NCBI GenBank assembly: GCA_951406725.2
Contig: OX597836.1
Coordinates: forward strand, 20,522,001-20,586,000
Direction: 5' to 3'
DNA length: 64,000 nucleotides
From: Octopus vulgaris
Lineage: Eukaryota
Part shown: positions 51,222 to 64,000 of the stretch, piece after piece
Position numbering within the stretch: position 1 is the stretch's first letter
Layout of the letters: each line of letters opens with the position of its first letter
Made by a program: the position numbers and the translations under genes
Notes under the pieces: generated by a model
Told to the model about the DNA's origin: nothing
Databases searched by the model: none
The model's input: the letters and a program-made list of their open reading frames with translations, nothing else

Positions 51222-52921
51222 CTCTAAAATGCTCGGTTAATAATAATAGTCTCCGATTTCAGCACAAGGCTAGCAGTTTTAAGTAGGGAGAATTGGGTGA
51301 TCACACCAAACCCAGTCCTTGACTAGTACATAATTTTATTGATCCTGAAAAGATGAAAGACAAAGCTGAGACTTCAGTGGGATTTGAAACCAGAGCATAA
51401 AGAACTGGAAGAAATGCTGCCAAGAATTCTGTCTGATGCACTAATGATTCAGCCAGCTTCCTACCTTAATAATGAAGATAATAATAATGGTTTCAAATTT
51501 TGGCACAAGGCCAGCAATTTGGGGAGAGGGAATAAATCGATTACATTGACCCCAGTGCTCAACGGGTACTTATTTTATTGACCCTGAAAGGACAAAGGGT
51601 AAAATTAACCTGAGCAGAATTTGAACTCAGAATATAAAGACAGGCAAATGTCATTAAGCACTTTTTGCCTAGTGTGCTAACAATTCTGCCAGCTCACTGC
51701 TTTAATGAGGATAATAATAACGATGATTTCTAACGGAAGGTATGAGATGGCTAATTTTATGAGAGGAGGGTATGATTAATGAAATCAGTCTCCTTGTATT
51801 TGTGTGTAGTTTCAGATTTGATTTATATAATAAAAGAATAAGGATGTTAGGATGGTTTTTATAAGAGGTTCTGAATTGAAACTAAAACCATCATGTAGCT
51901 GATTTACATCACAGAGAACCTAACCACCCTAGTATATTGTGTGTGTGTGTGTGTGTGTGTATGTACACACACACACAAAACCTCTAGAGTCTTGGGTAAG
52001 GGATATTTATTGTTGTCTTGGATTATTCCAAGCTCTATGAGTGGAATTTGGTAGACAGAAACTGAGTGGAAGCTCATCAGATAGATGGATTGTACCGGTA
52101 ATACAATGGGCTAATCACTGTATGAAGCTCAGCAAGGCACTTTATGTCATGTTGGGCCAGTCGACTCAGCTGTAAATAAGTACCAGCTGAGTGCTAGTGC
52201 AGCTCTCTTCCTTCCAGCCATCACAACCTGGATGTGTCGTTGGGTCAAAAAATGTGAGTGTCAAGAGGGTAGCTATGCCTGCTTGCAAATTGATAGGCTC
52301 TAAAGCAACTAGCAAAAGCAGGGGCATGTTGTCAAGTCATACTTTTTCATAGGTGATGGCCAGCTCTTTAGGTAGGTCAGCAGTAAAACAGTGCCTCAAT
52401 AATACGTACTTATCTAACCCATGCTAGTATGGAAAAACATATGGAAAATAAACAAATTTTCTTTGAAACAATTTCAGGAATTAAAACTTGTATTTTCCTA
52501 AATACTTAATTAAAAAGCCATTCAGAGAAGAGGTGATATCCATGATATTTTGCTGCTATTTCTAGTAGGTTCAGCAATAGCTTAAACGTCTCTTTGGCAT
52601 GGAATTCTATCATATAGTTTTTCCACATGATATAATACCACGTCATTACAGCACCTATTATTGTTGGCAAGCTCCAAGCTGTTATGGAGGTAGACTCCAA
52701 GCAAGTCAAGTTTGCAAATTCCAGAACACTTGAGGTCAGTAACATCATTGAGGAAACAGCTGAAGCATCAACAATAAAGAACCATTAACACCAGTTCCCT
52801 ACAAAAATACAATTTTTTCTGGTAAGTCATACGAAACCATTACACTTATAGACCTCACAGTTCTTTCTGAACAAATCAGAAATAGTCTTAACAAATAAAT
52901 TATTGCTCTCTCTCTCTTTCT

Positions 52922-52957
<36 letters not shown>

Positions 52958-53202
52958 TTTTAACGTTTCTTTTTATGTCAAATAATGTGTGTTTGTGTGT
53001 AAATACACACTGTATTTGATGACATAAAAGACGCAAAGGCATATTAGACATGCCCTAATTTCAGCAGTAGTGCATATTTAAGAAAAAAGATTTTAGTGCA
53101 TTAAAGATTATAGGGAATCCAACTTTGCATTTAGGGATCAGGATGATTTTCTTTATCACATTTTTGGGAGTAAAAGCTGCATCATGTATGCAAGCAAATA
53201 CA

Positions 53203-53259
<57 letters not shown>

Positions 53260-53497
53260 GCCATTTGCCAGCTGGCCGTTTGCCAGTTCTGTCTGGCACC
53301 TGTGCGGGTGGCACGTAAAAAGCACCCACTACACTCTCGGAGTGGTTGGCGTTTAGGAAGGGCATCCAGCCGTAGAAACACTGCCAGATTTGACTGGGCC
53401 TGATGAAGCCTTCTGGCTTCACAGACCCCAGTAGAACCGTTCAACCCATGCTAGCATGGAAAACGGATGCTAAACGATGATGATGATGATGATGATG

Positions 53498-53745
53498 TGG
53501 AGGTACGTGGCTTAGTGGTTAGGGTGTCAGCATCATGATCGTAAGATTGTGGTTTCGATTCCTGGACTGGCAACACGTGTTCTTGATCAAAACACTTTAT
53601 TTCACGTTGCTCCAGTCCACTCAGCTGGCAAAAAGGAGTAACGTTGCGATGGACTGGCGTCCTGTCCAGCTGGGGAACTCATACGCCATTGAAACCGGGA
53701 ATCCGGGCCCATGAGCTTGGCTAGGCTTTAAAAGGGCGCATTTAT
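53498..53745 (+). mobile_element. SINE family E head with a V-domain-like tail, inserted in the (GAT)n tail of a family C copy
   Basis: GTGGCTTAGTGGTTAGGG..GGTTTCGATTCC head, TTTATTTCACGTTGCTCCAGT core, then GCGATGGACTGGCGTCCTGTCCAG. Confidence 0.75.
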
Positions 53746-54235
53746 TTTTATATATATAGTGGTTGGCATTAGGAAGGGACTACAGCCACAGAAACATGCC
53801 AAAACAGACATTGGAGCATGATGCAGTCCTTTGACCCAACAGATCCTATCAAAATGTTCAACCCTTGCTAGTCTGGAACATGGACATGAATTGATAATGA
53901 ATATATATACACCACCCCCAGGCAGGTGTAACGTAAAAAAAACACCTGTGCAAGTGTCATGGAGAAATGCACCTATGCTGGTGCAATATAAAGACCACTC
54001 ATGCCTGTTTGACATGAAAGGCATTTGTGCTGGTGCCAAGTAACAAGCACCTGTGCCAGTAAAAAGCACCCAGTACACCCTGTAGAGTGGTTGGTGTTAG
54101 GAAGGGCATCCAGCTGTAGAAACCAAGCCAGAACAGATAGATGAAACCCGGGCAGCTCTCCAGCTGGCCAGCTCATGTCAAATTGCCCAACCCATACCAG
54201 CATTGAAAACTGATGGTGATGATATATATATTTAA

Positions 54236-54466
54236 GGTGGCGAGCTGGCAGAAACGTTAGCATGCCGGGCGAAATCCTTAGCAGTATTTTGCCTGCCGCT
54301 ATGTTCTGAGTTCAAACTTCACTGAGGTCGACTTTGCCTTTCATCCTTTCGGGGTCGATTAAATAAGTACCAGTTACGCACTGGGGTCGATATAATCGAC
54401 TTAATCCGTTTGTCTGTCCTTGTTTGTCCTCTCTGTGTTTAGCCCCTTGTGGGTAGTAAAGAAATA
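54236..54466 (+). mobile_element. Full-length SINE family B
   Basis: TSD-like GATATATATATTTA / GATATATACATTTA. Confidence 0.85.
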
Positions 54467-54555
54467 GATATATACATTTAAATAATTCAAAATTAAACTA
54501 AAGGATTAATCAATACTTTTCAGTAGACTACATATTCATTTTTGTGAGGAAGATG

Positions 54556-54652
54556 TTGAAAATGACTTTTAAATTTCAGCTTGCTTGTCATCATCAGTCA
54601 GTCAGGGAATCCGATGATGACCAGCAAGACAAAACTTCGAAGTCACTATCAA
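54556..54652. repeat. Imperfect palindrome with a decayed hammerhead-like motif in each arm
   Basis: Plus strand CCGATGA TGACCAGCAAGAC AAAACTTCGAAGTC; minus strand CTGATGA TGACAAGCAAGCT GAAATTTAAAAGTC. Confidence 0.5.
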
Positions 54653-54672
54653 GTCTGGCCTTGTAAATTCAT

Positions 54673-54721
<49 letters not shown>

Positions 54722-54726
<5 letters not shown>

Positions 54727-54895
54727 GAAATGAGGTACTCAGAAAATCGGATGGTTTATATTTACAGATATTTATTTGTATATTACATTTTTTTATATAT
54801 CATATAACTTAGATCATGTATTAGTGCTTTCTCCCATTCTAGTGGGGTTTTCAAATCAAACTAAGTTCCTGTGTGAGGAGTTTTGACCATTTTAT
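54722..54895 (-). mobile_element. (TA)n-associated repeat with a U3-A8 hammerhead-like variant; second copy ~63865-64000
   Basis: Two clearly related copies. Minus strand 54806-54867: AACTTAG..AT TTGAAAA CCCCACTAGAATGGGA GAAA GCAC TA AT..CTAAGTT. Confidence 0.6.
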
Positions 54896-55223
54896 AGTGG
54901 TATCGAGTTTGTAGTGGTGGGGAGGAATGCCAGCGCTGCCTCGACTGGCTTCCGTGCCGGTGGCACATAAAATACACCAATCCAACCGTGGCCGTTGCCA
55001 GCCTCGCCTGGCACCTGTGCAGGTGGCACGTAAAAAGCACCCACTACACTCATGGAGTGGTTGGCGTTAGGAAGGGCATCCAGCTGTAGAAACATTGCCA
55101 GATAAGACTGGAGCCTGGTGCAGCCTTCTGGCTTCCCAGATCCCCGGTCGAACCGTCCAACCCATGCTAGCATGGAGAACGGACGTTAAACGATGATGAT
55201 GATGATGATGATATGTATGTATG

Positions 55224-55271
<48 letters not shown>

Positions 55272-55971
55272 TATATAGGTGTGTGTGTGTGTGTGTATAT
55301 ATATATACACACACACAGTATTTCAGCTGGACGAGAAGTTTCCAATATATGTCACTATGTCAGACAAGTGAGTCTGGGTGAAAAGACGCATCACATCACT
55401 CCACCCCACCATCCCATCATGGATGCATTGCGGAAGGGAGGAAACATGTCTACTGACAATGTTAATAATAATAACAACAACAGTGAAAGTTGCAATACGA
55501 CTGATGAAAATGCTGACGAAGATGATGATAATGATTTCTTTTTATTTCAATAATGATTTCTTTGCTTTTCTTTTATTTGTTTTAATAGTAACAACAATGG
55601 CAACAACAAGAAGAGGAATCAAGAGAGACAAACATGGTGGTGCCAAATAATACATGTACATACACACAAACACATGTATATGGAGTCAGCAGGCTCTCAC
55701 AGAGACGGGAATCCAAAAACAACATTTCTAAATCACAACAGTTATATATGTGTGTATATATACATACACACTCGAATACACATACACGTGTGTGTGTGTG
55801 CGTGCATATAAATTCTTAGTAGTAAATAAGTCAGACAATATGAATATATATATCTTTGAATGCCTATATGTCTGTATGTGTGTGTGTGTGTGCGTGTGTG
55901 TGTATAAAAAGAGAGAGATTGATATAGAAATATACATATAATATGTATATACATAAATATGTATAAATGTG

Positions 55972-56021
<50 letters not shown>

Positions 56022-56274
56022 AATATATATATGTACATATATCTAAATATCATGCTGGTGCTCCAGTATGACCTAAGCCGCATGGCTGAAACGAGTAAAA
56101 GTGCAATATATATATACATATATATATATACATATACATACATATATATATACATATACATACATATATATATATACATACATATATATATACATATATA
56201 TATAAACATACATATATATATACATACATATATATATATATACATATATATACATACATACATATATACATACA

Positions 56275-56310
<36 letters not shown>

Positions 56311-56321
56311 TACATATATAT

Positions 56322-56366
<45 letters not shown>

Positions 56367-56394
56367 TATTTAAATATATATATATATATATTAA

Positions 56395-56434
<40 letters not shown>

Positions 56435-56751
56435 TCTCATTAAATTTGATCTCTTTTCCCACTGTTTAACAAATAAACTCCATCATCCTATTATTATATT
56501 ACTACTGCAATTTCCAGCTGCTCAGAAGGGAAATATTTATATCCAATCTGTGCACAATAAACTGGATCTTATTGTATTTTATTGCAGATTAAAGCATTTT
56601 GTTTAACATGGATAGTAAAAAAAAAAAAGGAAAAAAAAGAAAGAATAAAGAGTAAAGAACAAGAAAGGAGAGCAATGCTTATGTGTGCGCATGTGTCTGT
56701 GTGAGTGCATATGTGTATGTATATATATATATATATATCTATATATACATA

Positions 56752-56856
<105 letters not shown>

Positions 56857-56911
56857 GTATATATATGTGTATATATATATGTATATATATATGTATATAT
56901 ATATGTATATA

Positions 56912-56963
<52 letters not shown>

Positions 56964-57194
56964 TATATATATATATACATGCACATATGTATGTGTATGT
57001 GTGAGCATACATACATACATAAATGAATGAATAAATAAATAAATAATCTAAGCAGTGAATGTTATTTGCAGTTCTGCTAGCTAACAAATCCAAGCTTCAT
57101 ACAATTCTGAAAAAAAAATTGATATACATAAATTTCTGTTGACTAGTTTCAAAAAACATCTGTTTTATTGAATGTTCCTGTGCGTACATACATC

Positions 57195-57225
<31 letters not shown>

Positions 57226-58786
57226 ATGTTGGCATAGGCATGGCTGTGTGGTGAGAAGTTAGATTCCCAACCATATGGTTCCAGTTTCAGCTCCACCCTG
57301 TGGCACCTTGGGCAAGTGCCCTCTGCTGTAGCCTTGGGCCAACCTAATCTTTGTGTGTGGATTTGGTAGATGGAGATTGAAAGAAGCCCATTGTGTGTGT
57401 GTGTTTGTTTGCTGCCCCACTGACACTTGACAACTGGTGATGGTTTGTTTATGTCTCAGAAACTTAGCAGTTTGGCAAAAGAGACTGATAGAATAAGTAC
57501 ACTGACACAAATTTGTGTCTGCTAAATAGCACTCACAGCTATTGGCCATCTGGAAGCCACAGATGACACATGACCAAGGTGAAGTGATAAATAGATCAAA
57601 CTTGAAGCCATGTGATTGTGAACCAATCTTTATTAATCACTTAACCATGACTGCATCTTCTGTATGTATGTATATATGTATATATCATCATCATTGTTTA
57701 ACGTCCGCTTTCCATGCTAGCATGGGTTGGACGATTTTGACTGAGGGCTGGCAAACCAGATGGTTGCACCAGGCTCCAATCTTGATCTGGCAGAGTTTCT
57801 ACAGCTGGATGCCCTTCCTAACGCCAACCACTCCGAGAATGTAGTGGGTGCTTTTTATGTGCCACCAGCATATATATATATGGGTTTTATAAGGTGCAAT
57901 AGGCTTAGGAGGACATAAAATAAAACAAAATATATATGGGGTGTGGCTCGATACAGTATTTAGAATAGATAGTAAGAAATGCTGTGTAGTATCATAGATT
58001 GTATAGTGTTGTAATTTAACCCCCAGCTCAGCTCTGATTCCAGCTGTGATCATCTTGTTTCTGTTTTGAGGTATCTAGGACTTATATTTCTTAGTGTGTC
58101 CTTCATTGCTTTTCAATGATTATGTATGATATAATAGAAATTTGTAAGCTATTTCCAGCATATCAAGTAACTAAAAAGAAGTTTTCTCTGGGTTTGAGGA
58201 GAGGTGTTATTATATGCTGTGGTGTGACATTGTATTCAGTACAGAAAATGATAGTAGAGATGTGCTATACATTATGTAGAACCTCGAAGCAACTCTGATT
58301 AAGTGAACCTATAGTCAAAAGGTATTCAAGCTACGACCATCTCAATCATCCCAACTTTTAAAGGCATATAATGCTACTATATTGAATATGTCCTTGCTTT
58401 ATTAAAGGTTGCTGAGTGTGATATCAGAGAAATTTAGCTGTTGTTTTGAACAGGCTGAGGGCCACACTGAAAACCCCTCTTTGATCTGTATTATGCTGTA
58501 TGTTATGTTATCAAAGAGTATTGTGCATGGACTAGAGTATGGTGCCATGTAAAAAGCATTGGTGCTGGTGCCAAGTAAAAGGCACCCATTACTCTCTGTA
58601 AAGTGATTGATGCTAGGAAGAGCATCCAGCTGTAGAAATCATGCAAACCCCCCCCAAAAAAAAGCAATGTAACCTGGTGCAGCTCCAGTCAAACCGTCCA
58701 ACCCATACCAGCATGGAAAACGGATGTTAAATGATGATGATGATGATGCAGCATAGTGTGTGGTATAAATGTGACATATAATATGT

Positions 58787-59015
58787 GTGGCGAGCTGGCA
58801 GAATCGTTAGCACACCGGGCGAAATGCGTAGCCGTATTTCGTCTGCCGTTACGTTCCGAGTTCAAATTCCGCCGAGGTCGACTTTGCCTTTCATCCTTTC
58901 GGGGTCAATAAATTAAGTACCAGTTACGCACTGGGGTCAATGTAATCGACTTAATCCGTTTGTCTGTCCTTGTTTGTCCCCCCTGTGTTTAGCCCCTTGT
59001 GGATAGTAAAGTAAT
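58787..59015 (+). mobile_element. Full-length SINE family B
   Basis: TSD-like ATATAATATGTGTGG / ATATAGTATGTGTGG. Confidence 0.85.
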
Positions 59016-59972
59016 ATATAGTATGTGTGGTACATTGTGCAAAGTATTGTGGAATATGTTTGTAGTATTAGATATGAAACAGTGTGATGTCGTTGTTGTT
59101 GTTTAACTCCGAGTCAGTCCTCATCAGGTAGAACTACAATCAAAAGTATGCCAGACATGACGGTCTAATTTCTTTTGCATATAAAGTAATACAGTATATG
59201 ATGTGTCTTCATCTTCCTTAATACAATAAGGGCATGCAATTTGAGGAAGATTTGTCTGCTACTTCTAGTAAGCTGAATGACTATGCTGAGGCTCCTACAT
59301 CGACTCGTAAAGTATGGTGTGAGATATGATGCCAGCATGTGTGGTTGTGGGGTGGCTTGACACGTGAATGCGTCTGTCCTGTGTGTCTGTGTATCTATGT
59401 ACATGGTATGTGCATCTATTCGGAATATAATGCTATGTGTGTGGATGCATGTGCATGCGGTTTGAAGCATAGTGTTATGTGTGCACGTGTGTGTGTGTGT
59501 GTGTGTGTGTGGCACTGAAGTTTCTTCATTATATTCAAACATCATCCAAAAAACTTGAACAGAACCAAACAAAAAAAGAGAAAAACCGAAATATTTGTAG
59601 ATTTGATACAAGAGATGGGTGGATAGGGCTGGGCTGAGATAGGGGGGAAGATGGAGAGAAAGAATTAGAGAGAAGGAAGAGAAATTAGTCGACGGAGTAG
59701 GAAGAGAAACGAAGATAGAGCAAAAGGGAGGAAGAGAATAGGAGATAAAGAGAAGAAAAGAGAACAAAAGGAAGAGAGAGGGGGAGAGGAACAAAAGATA
59801 GAGAAGCAAAGAAAGAAAAGGATAGAGAGAAAGAGGTTAAGAAATAGAGAAAAAAAAGGAAAAAGTGGGATTGATACAAGAGAAGAGAATAGGTTAGGGG
59901 GAAGTGGTGGAGGTGGTTAGAAGAAGAGAAAATAAGAGGAGAGAAAGAATGATATATGTGTGTGTGTCTGTG

Positions 59973-60033
<61 letters not shown>

Positions 60034-60164
60034 AGTGAGAGAGAGGAAATAGAGAGAGAGAGGGTCAAAGAGAACACCTATAAAAAGACAGAAAAACGAG
60101 AGAGAAAGAAAGACAAATAAGCAGAAGGAAAGAGAGCAAAAAATAGAGAGAAGGAAAAGAGATT

Positions 60165-60206
<42 letters not shown>

Positions 60207-60414
60207 AGACAAATATAGATTAAGACAATAAACAGTATGGGAGAGGAAGAGAAAGAGACAGGGAACTCTGAGCAACAAAAACATACAAACAGTGTAGGTA
60301 TGAACACACACAAACACACACACACACACACACACACCATGTTTTGGTGTGATGAGTTGAGATGTACTCTGCCGAGTTCATGTTAAGTCTTATTGCTACA
60401 TATACACGTGCATG

Positions 60415-60448
<34 letters not shown>

Positions 60449-61204
60449 CACACACACAATGATAAGTGAGAATATATACACAATATGTATACAAATATAT
60501 ACTCTATACAAAGTGTTATGTGCTCTTTTTACAAATACATACAAAACATTAGGTGTGTGTGAGCACATGTATACACACACACATTGATGCCTACAGGTGT
60601 ATAAAAATGTATGTATGCAGTACATATGTGTGTGTGTGTGTGAGCGTGTGTGCATGTATATGTTTAAAGAGAGAGAGAGAGAAAAAGAGAGAGAGATGCA
60701 AATAGGCAATAGAGGAGGAAATTGTTCGAGGCACCGGCAAACGCAATATCTTTTCCTTTTATCAATTCAAAGTGCGGCATTGAAGAGAAATAAAATTATT
60801 TCCATGCCAATCACACTACCTACAACATGACCATCACTGCTGCCGCCACTGCTAAAAACCACTGTTACCAACACGAGTAACTACCACTACCACGATCTTT
60901 GCTGAAAATAGCCCTTAACTAAATTATCCTGATTTATTTAACAATTGCTTCTGAAGGATTTCTTCAGCACACTTGGTCGACAGAGCTCAGAAAATAATAA
61001 TAACAACGACGGTAATAATGATGATGATGATGATGACAATGATAATATGTGTTTCTAATACAGGCAGAAAGCCTAAAATTTGCAAGAAGAGCGTAAATTA
61101 CTCTCAGTATATAACTGGTACTGGAAAAAATTGAGTCCAAAATAATTATATTTATAAGAATTAAGTCCCTTCTTGTTTTTTATTTATCTTTTCTTTTATC
61201 TTTT

Positions 61205-61563
61205 TACGTATTTTAGTCATTAGACTGTGGCCATGCTGGGGCATTGCCTTGAGGAATTTTTAATCTTATGTATTGACCCAGTACTTATTTTTTAAAGCCT
61301 GGTACTTATTCTATTGGTAATTTTTGCCAAACCACTAGGTGATGGGGATGTAAACACACCAACACTGGTTGTTAAGCAGTGGTGGGGGACAAACACAAAG
61401 ACACACACATATATATATACAAATATATGAGGGGCTTCTTTCAGTTTCCGTCTACCAAATCCACTCACAAGGCTTTGGTCATCCCAAGGCTAGAGTAGAA
61501 GACACTGAACCTGGAACCATGTGGTTGGAAAGCAAGCTTTGTACCACACAGTCACTCCTGTGC
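61205..61563 (-). mobile_element. SINE family A
   Basis: Colinear with other A copies, with a small deletion in the head. Confidence 0.75.
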
Positions 61564-61767
61564 TGATCTGTTAATATTCGTGTAAAATAAAATACATTTA
61601 CTGTTAAGATAATTTCCATTTTAAATGATTGCACAGACACACAGATTGCCTTGCTTGAAAACAGGTGAGCATTGGGTACAGGAGGGGAATCCAGTTGTAG
61701 AAAACTTGCCTCAACGGATTCAGTTTGATCCATGACAGCATAGAAAAGAGGATGTCATGACCATTAT

Positions 61768-61815
<48 letters not shown>

Positions 61816-61874
61816 GGTTCAAAATTTTCAATGAAAACAAATTGTAATTATTAGCCTCTCTCTCTCTCTCTCTC

Positions 61875-61910
<36 letters not shown>

Positions 61911-61932
61911 TATATCTATATATAGGCATCTT

Positions 61933-62305
61933 GTGGCACTCCATCGGTTATGAGGACGAGGGTTCCAATAGATTCAATCAATGGAACAGCCTGCTTGTGA
62001 AATTTATGAGCAAGTGACTGAGCATTCTACAGACACGTGTACCCTTAACGTAGTTCTCGGGGAGATTCAGTGTGACAAGGCTGGCTCTTTGAAGTACAGG
62101 TACAGCAGAAACAGGAAGAAAGATTGAGTGAAAGTTATGGTGAAAGAGTACAGCAGGGTTTGCCACCACCTCTTGCCAGAGACTCGTGGTGCTTTAGGTG
62201 TTTTTGCTCAATAAAAACTCACAACACCCGGTCTGGGAATTGAAACCGCGATTCTACGACCATAAGTCTACTGCCCTAACCACTGGGTCATTGCACCTCG
62301 CCTCC
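61933..62305 (-). mobile_element. SINE family D
   Basis: Diverged reverse complement of 9186-9579. Confidence 0.8.
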
Positions 62306-63197
62306 ACACACACACATATATATAGACACATACACACAGACTTGTAGATGTCACCTCCTATGTGTGTGTGTACATACATATAGGCATGAAGAATGGAAAG
62401 AGCTGAAACACTTATTGCAAGGAATTTAACTTATGCACCACTGATTTGATCAACCCACTTTTTTGTGTTCTAAATATTCTTAATCAGGAGAGAAAGCAGT
62501 GCTCATAACCCTTCACAGGGTCTTCTGGGGACCTTACACAAACGCTTACAACAGAACAAATTCTGCTAAAGATACTCAATGTACTACATGGTCTTAGACC
62601 AAATGACCAATTAAGTCTACCACCCAAGTAGTCCATGGTGGGACTAGAACTCAGAACAAGTACGATAAGATATCTGGTTCAACGTTCTTACAGTTCCACC
62701 AAACCACTGCCCTGATTAAATACTTTTTTTTTATTGACCCCCCATAAAAGGATGAAAAGCAAAGTTGACTGCAGAGTGCAGAGAGTCAGAGAAAATACTG
62801 CAAAGCATTTTTGTCCGACACTCGACTGACTCAGTTTGCTGCCCTCTATTTGACAATACAGATCAATAAAAGAATTAGCAGACTGAATAAATTACTGGGG
62901 ATCAATATGATTGATTAAAATGTTTCAAGGATTCGTCTCCCCAATATGACTGCAGTCCAAACTGTTGAAATGCGTGTCAGAGGAGAGAAAGTGGAGGAAA
63001 AAGAAATTGAATAGCGAGAATGATGACAAATATTTACAGAGATGAGTATTCTCAAACACAAACAGAAGAAGAAAAAAAGAAAAAAAACCTAAGAAGGAAC
63101 AACTTTATCAAGTGGCAGAAGATAAAGACATTTAAAACACAAGCTAGGGATGGAGAGCAACAAATAACAGAAACATATATATATATATATATATACA

Positions 63198-63257
<60 letters not shown>

Positions 63258-63266
63258 TATAATGCA

Positions 63267-63311
<45 letters not shown>

Positions 63312-63314
63312 GCA

Positions 63315-63358
<44 letters not shown>

Positions 63359-63466
63359 TACATACATACATATATGTATGTATGAATGTATATGTGCATG
63401 TGTATATACATATGTTTATGCATATATAAATATATATATATATATATAATTAAATATGCATATATA

Positions 63467-63508
<42 letters not shown>

Positions 63509-63742
63509 TACACATATATATACACATTTATGTATATAGATGCACATACAGAGAAAGAGTGAGAGAATTCACAAAATAAATTGAATGCTTTAGGAATGGT
63601 TTTTATTAAATCTGTTAATTCTAATTAGAATTTAACTTCTTTGTTTTCTTTTCAACATCTGAATCATTTCTCCACCTTCCCCACCAATGTCTCCTCATTT
63701 AATTCACAAGAGATTGCAATTACAAACATTATCTATCTATCC

Positions 63743-63812
<70 letters not shown>

Positions 63813-64000
63813 ATATGTATATATATTAGAAGGTTTGGAGATGATGTACAGATATTTTATATTAGAAAAAATGAGGTACTCAGAAATTTGGATGGTTTTA
63901 TATTTACAGATATTTATTTGTATATTACATGTTTTTATACGTCATATAACTTATATCATATATTAGCGCTTTCTCCCATTCTAGTGGGTTTTTCAAATTG

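Overview
AT-rich animal genomic DNA, saturated with microsatellites. It is most likely a coleoid cephalopod (Octopus-like), inferred from the repeat families and not verified. Nearly the whole window appears to be intronic sequence of one minus-strand gene, a multi-PDZ scaffold of the MPDZ/MUPP1-PATJ-InaD-like family. Only one clearly supported coding exon is present (3230-3426), plus a candidate phase-compatible start micro-exon at 47754-47766 (MVEL|E). The rest consists of several tRNA-derived SINE families with swappable modules, four non-autonomous Helitrons, TTAA piggyBac-type MITEs, decayed LINE ends (R4/Dong-like, RTE, CR1/L2-like), and mini- and microsatellites. The most unusual signal is a set of unrelated, often palindromic, (TA)n-associated repeats. 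They carry minimal hammerhead-ribozyme-like cores of the Penelope/retrozyme type, including apparent swaps of the 3-8 core pair (U3-A8, G3-Y8). There is also a clean two-template insertion inside a MITE. Almost all ORFs in the supplied track are microsatellite or repeat artefacts. Repeat boundaries were read by eye and are approximate unless exact motifs are quoted.
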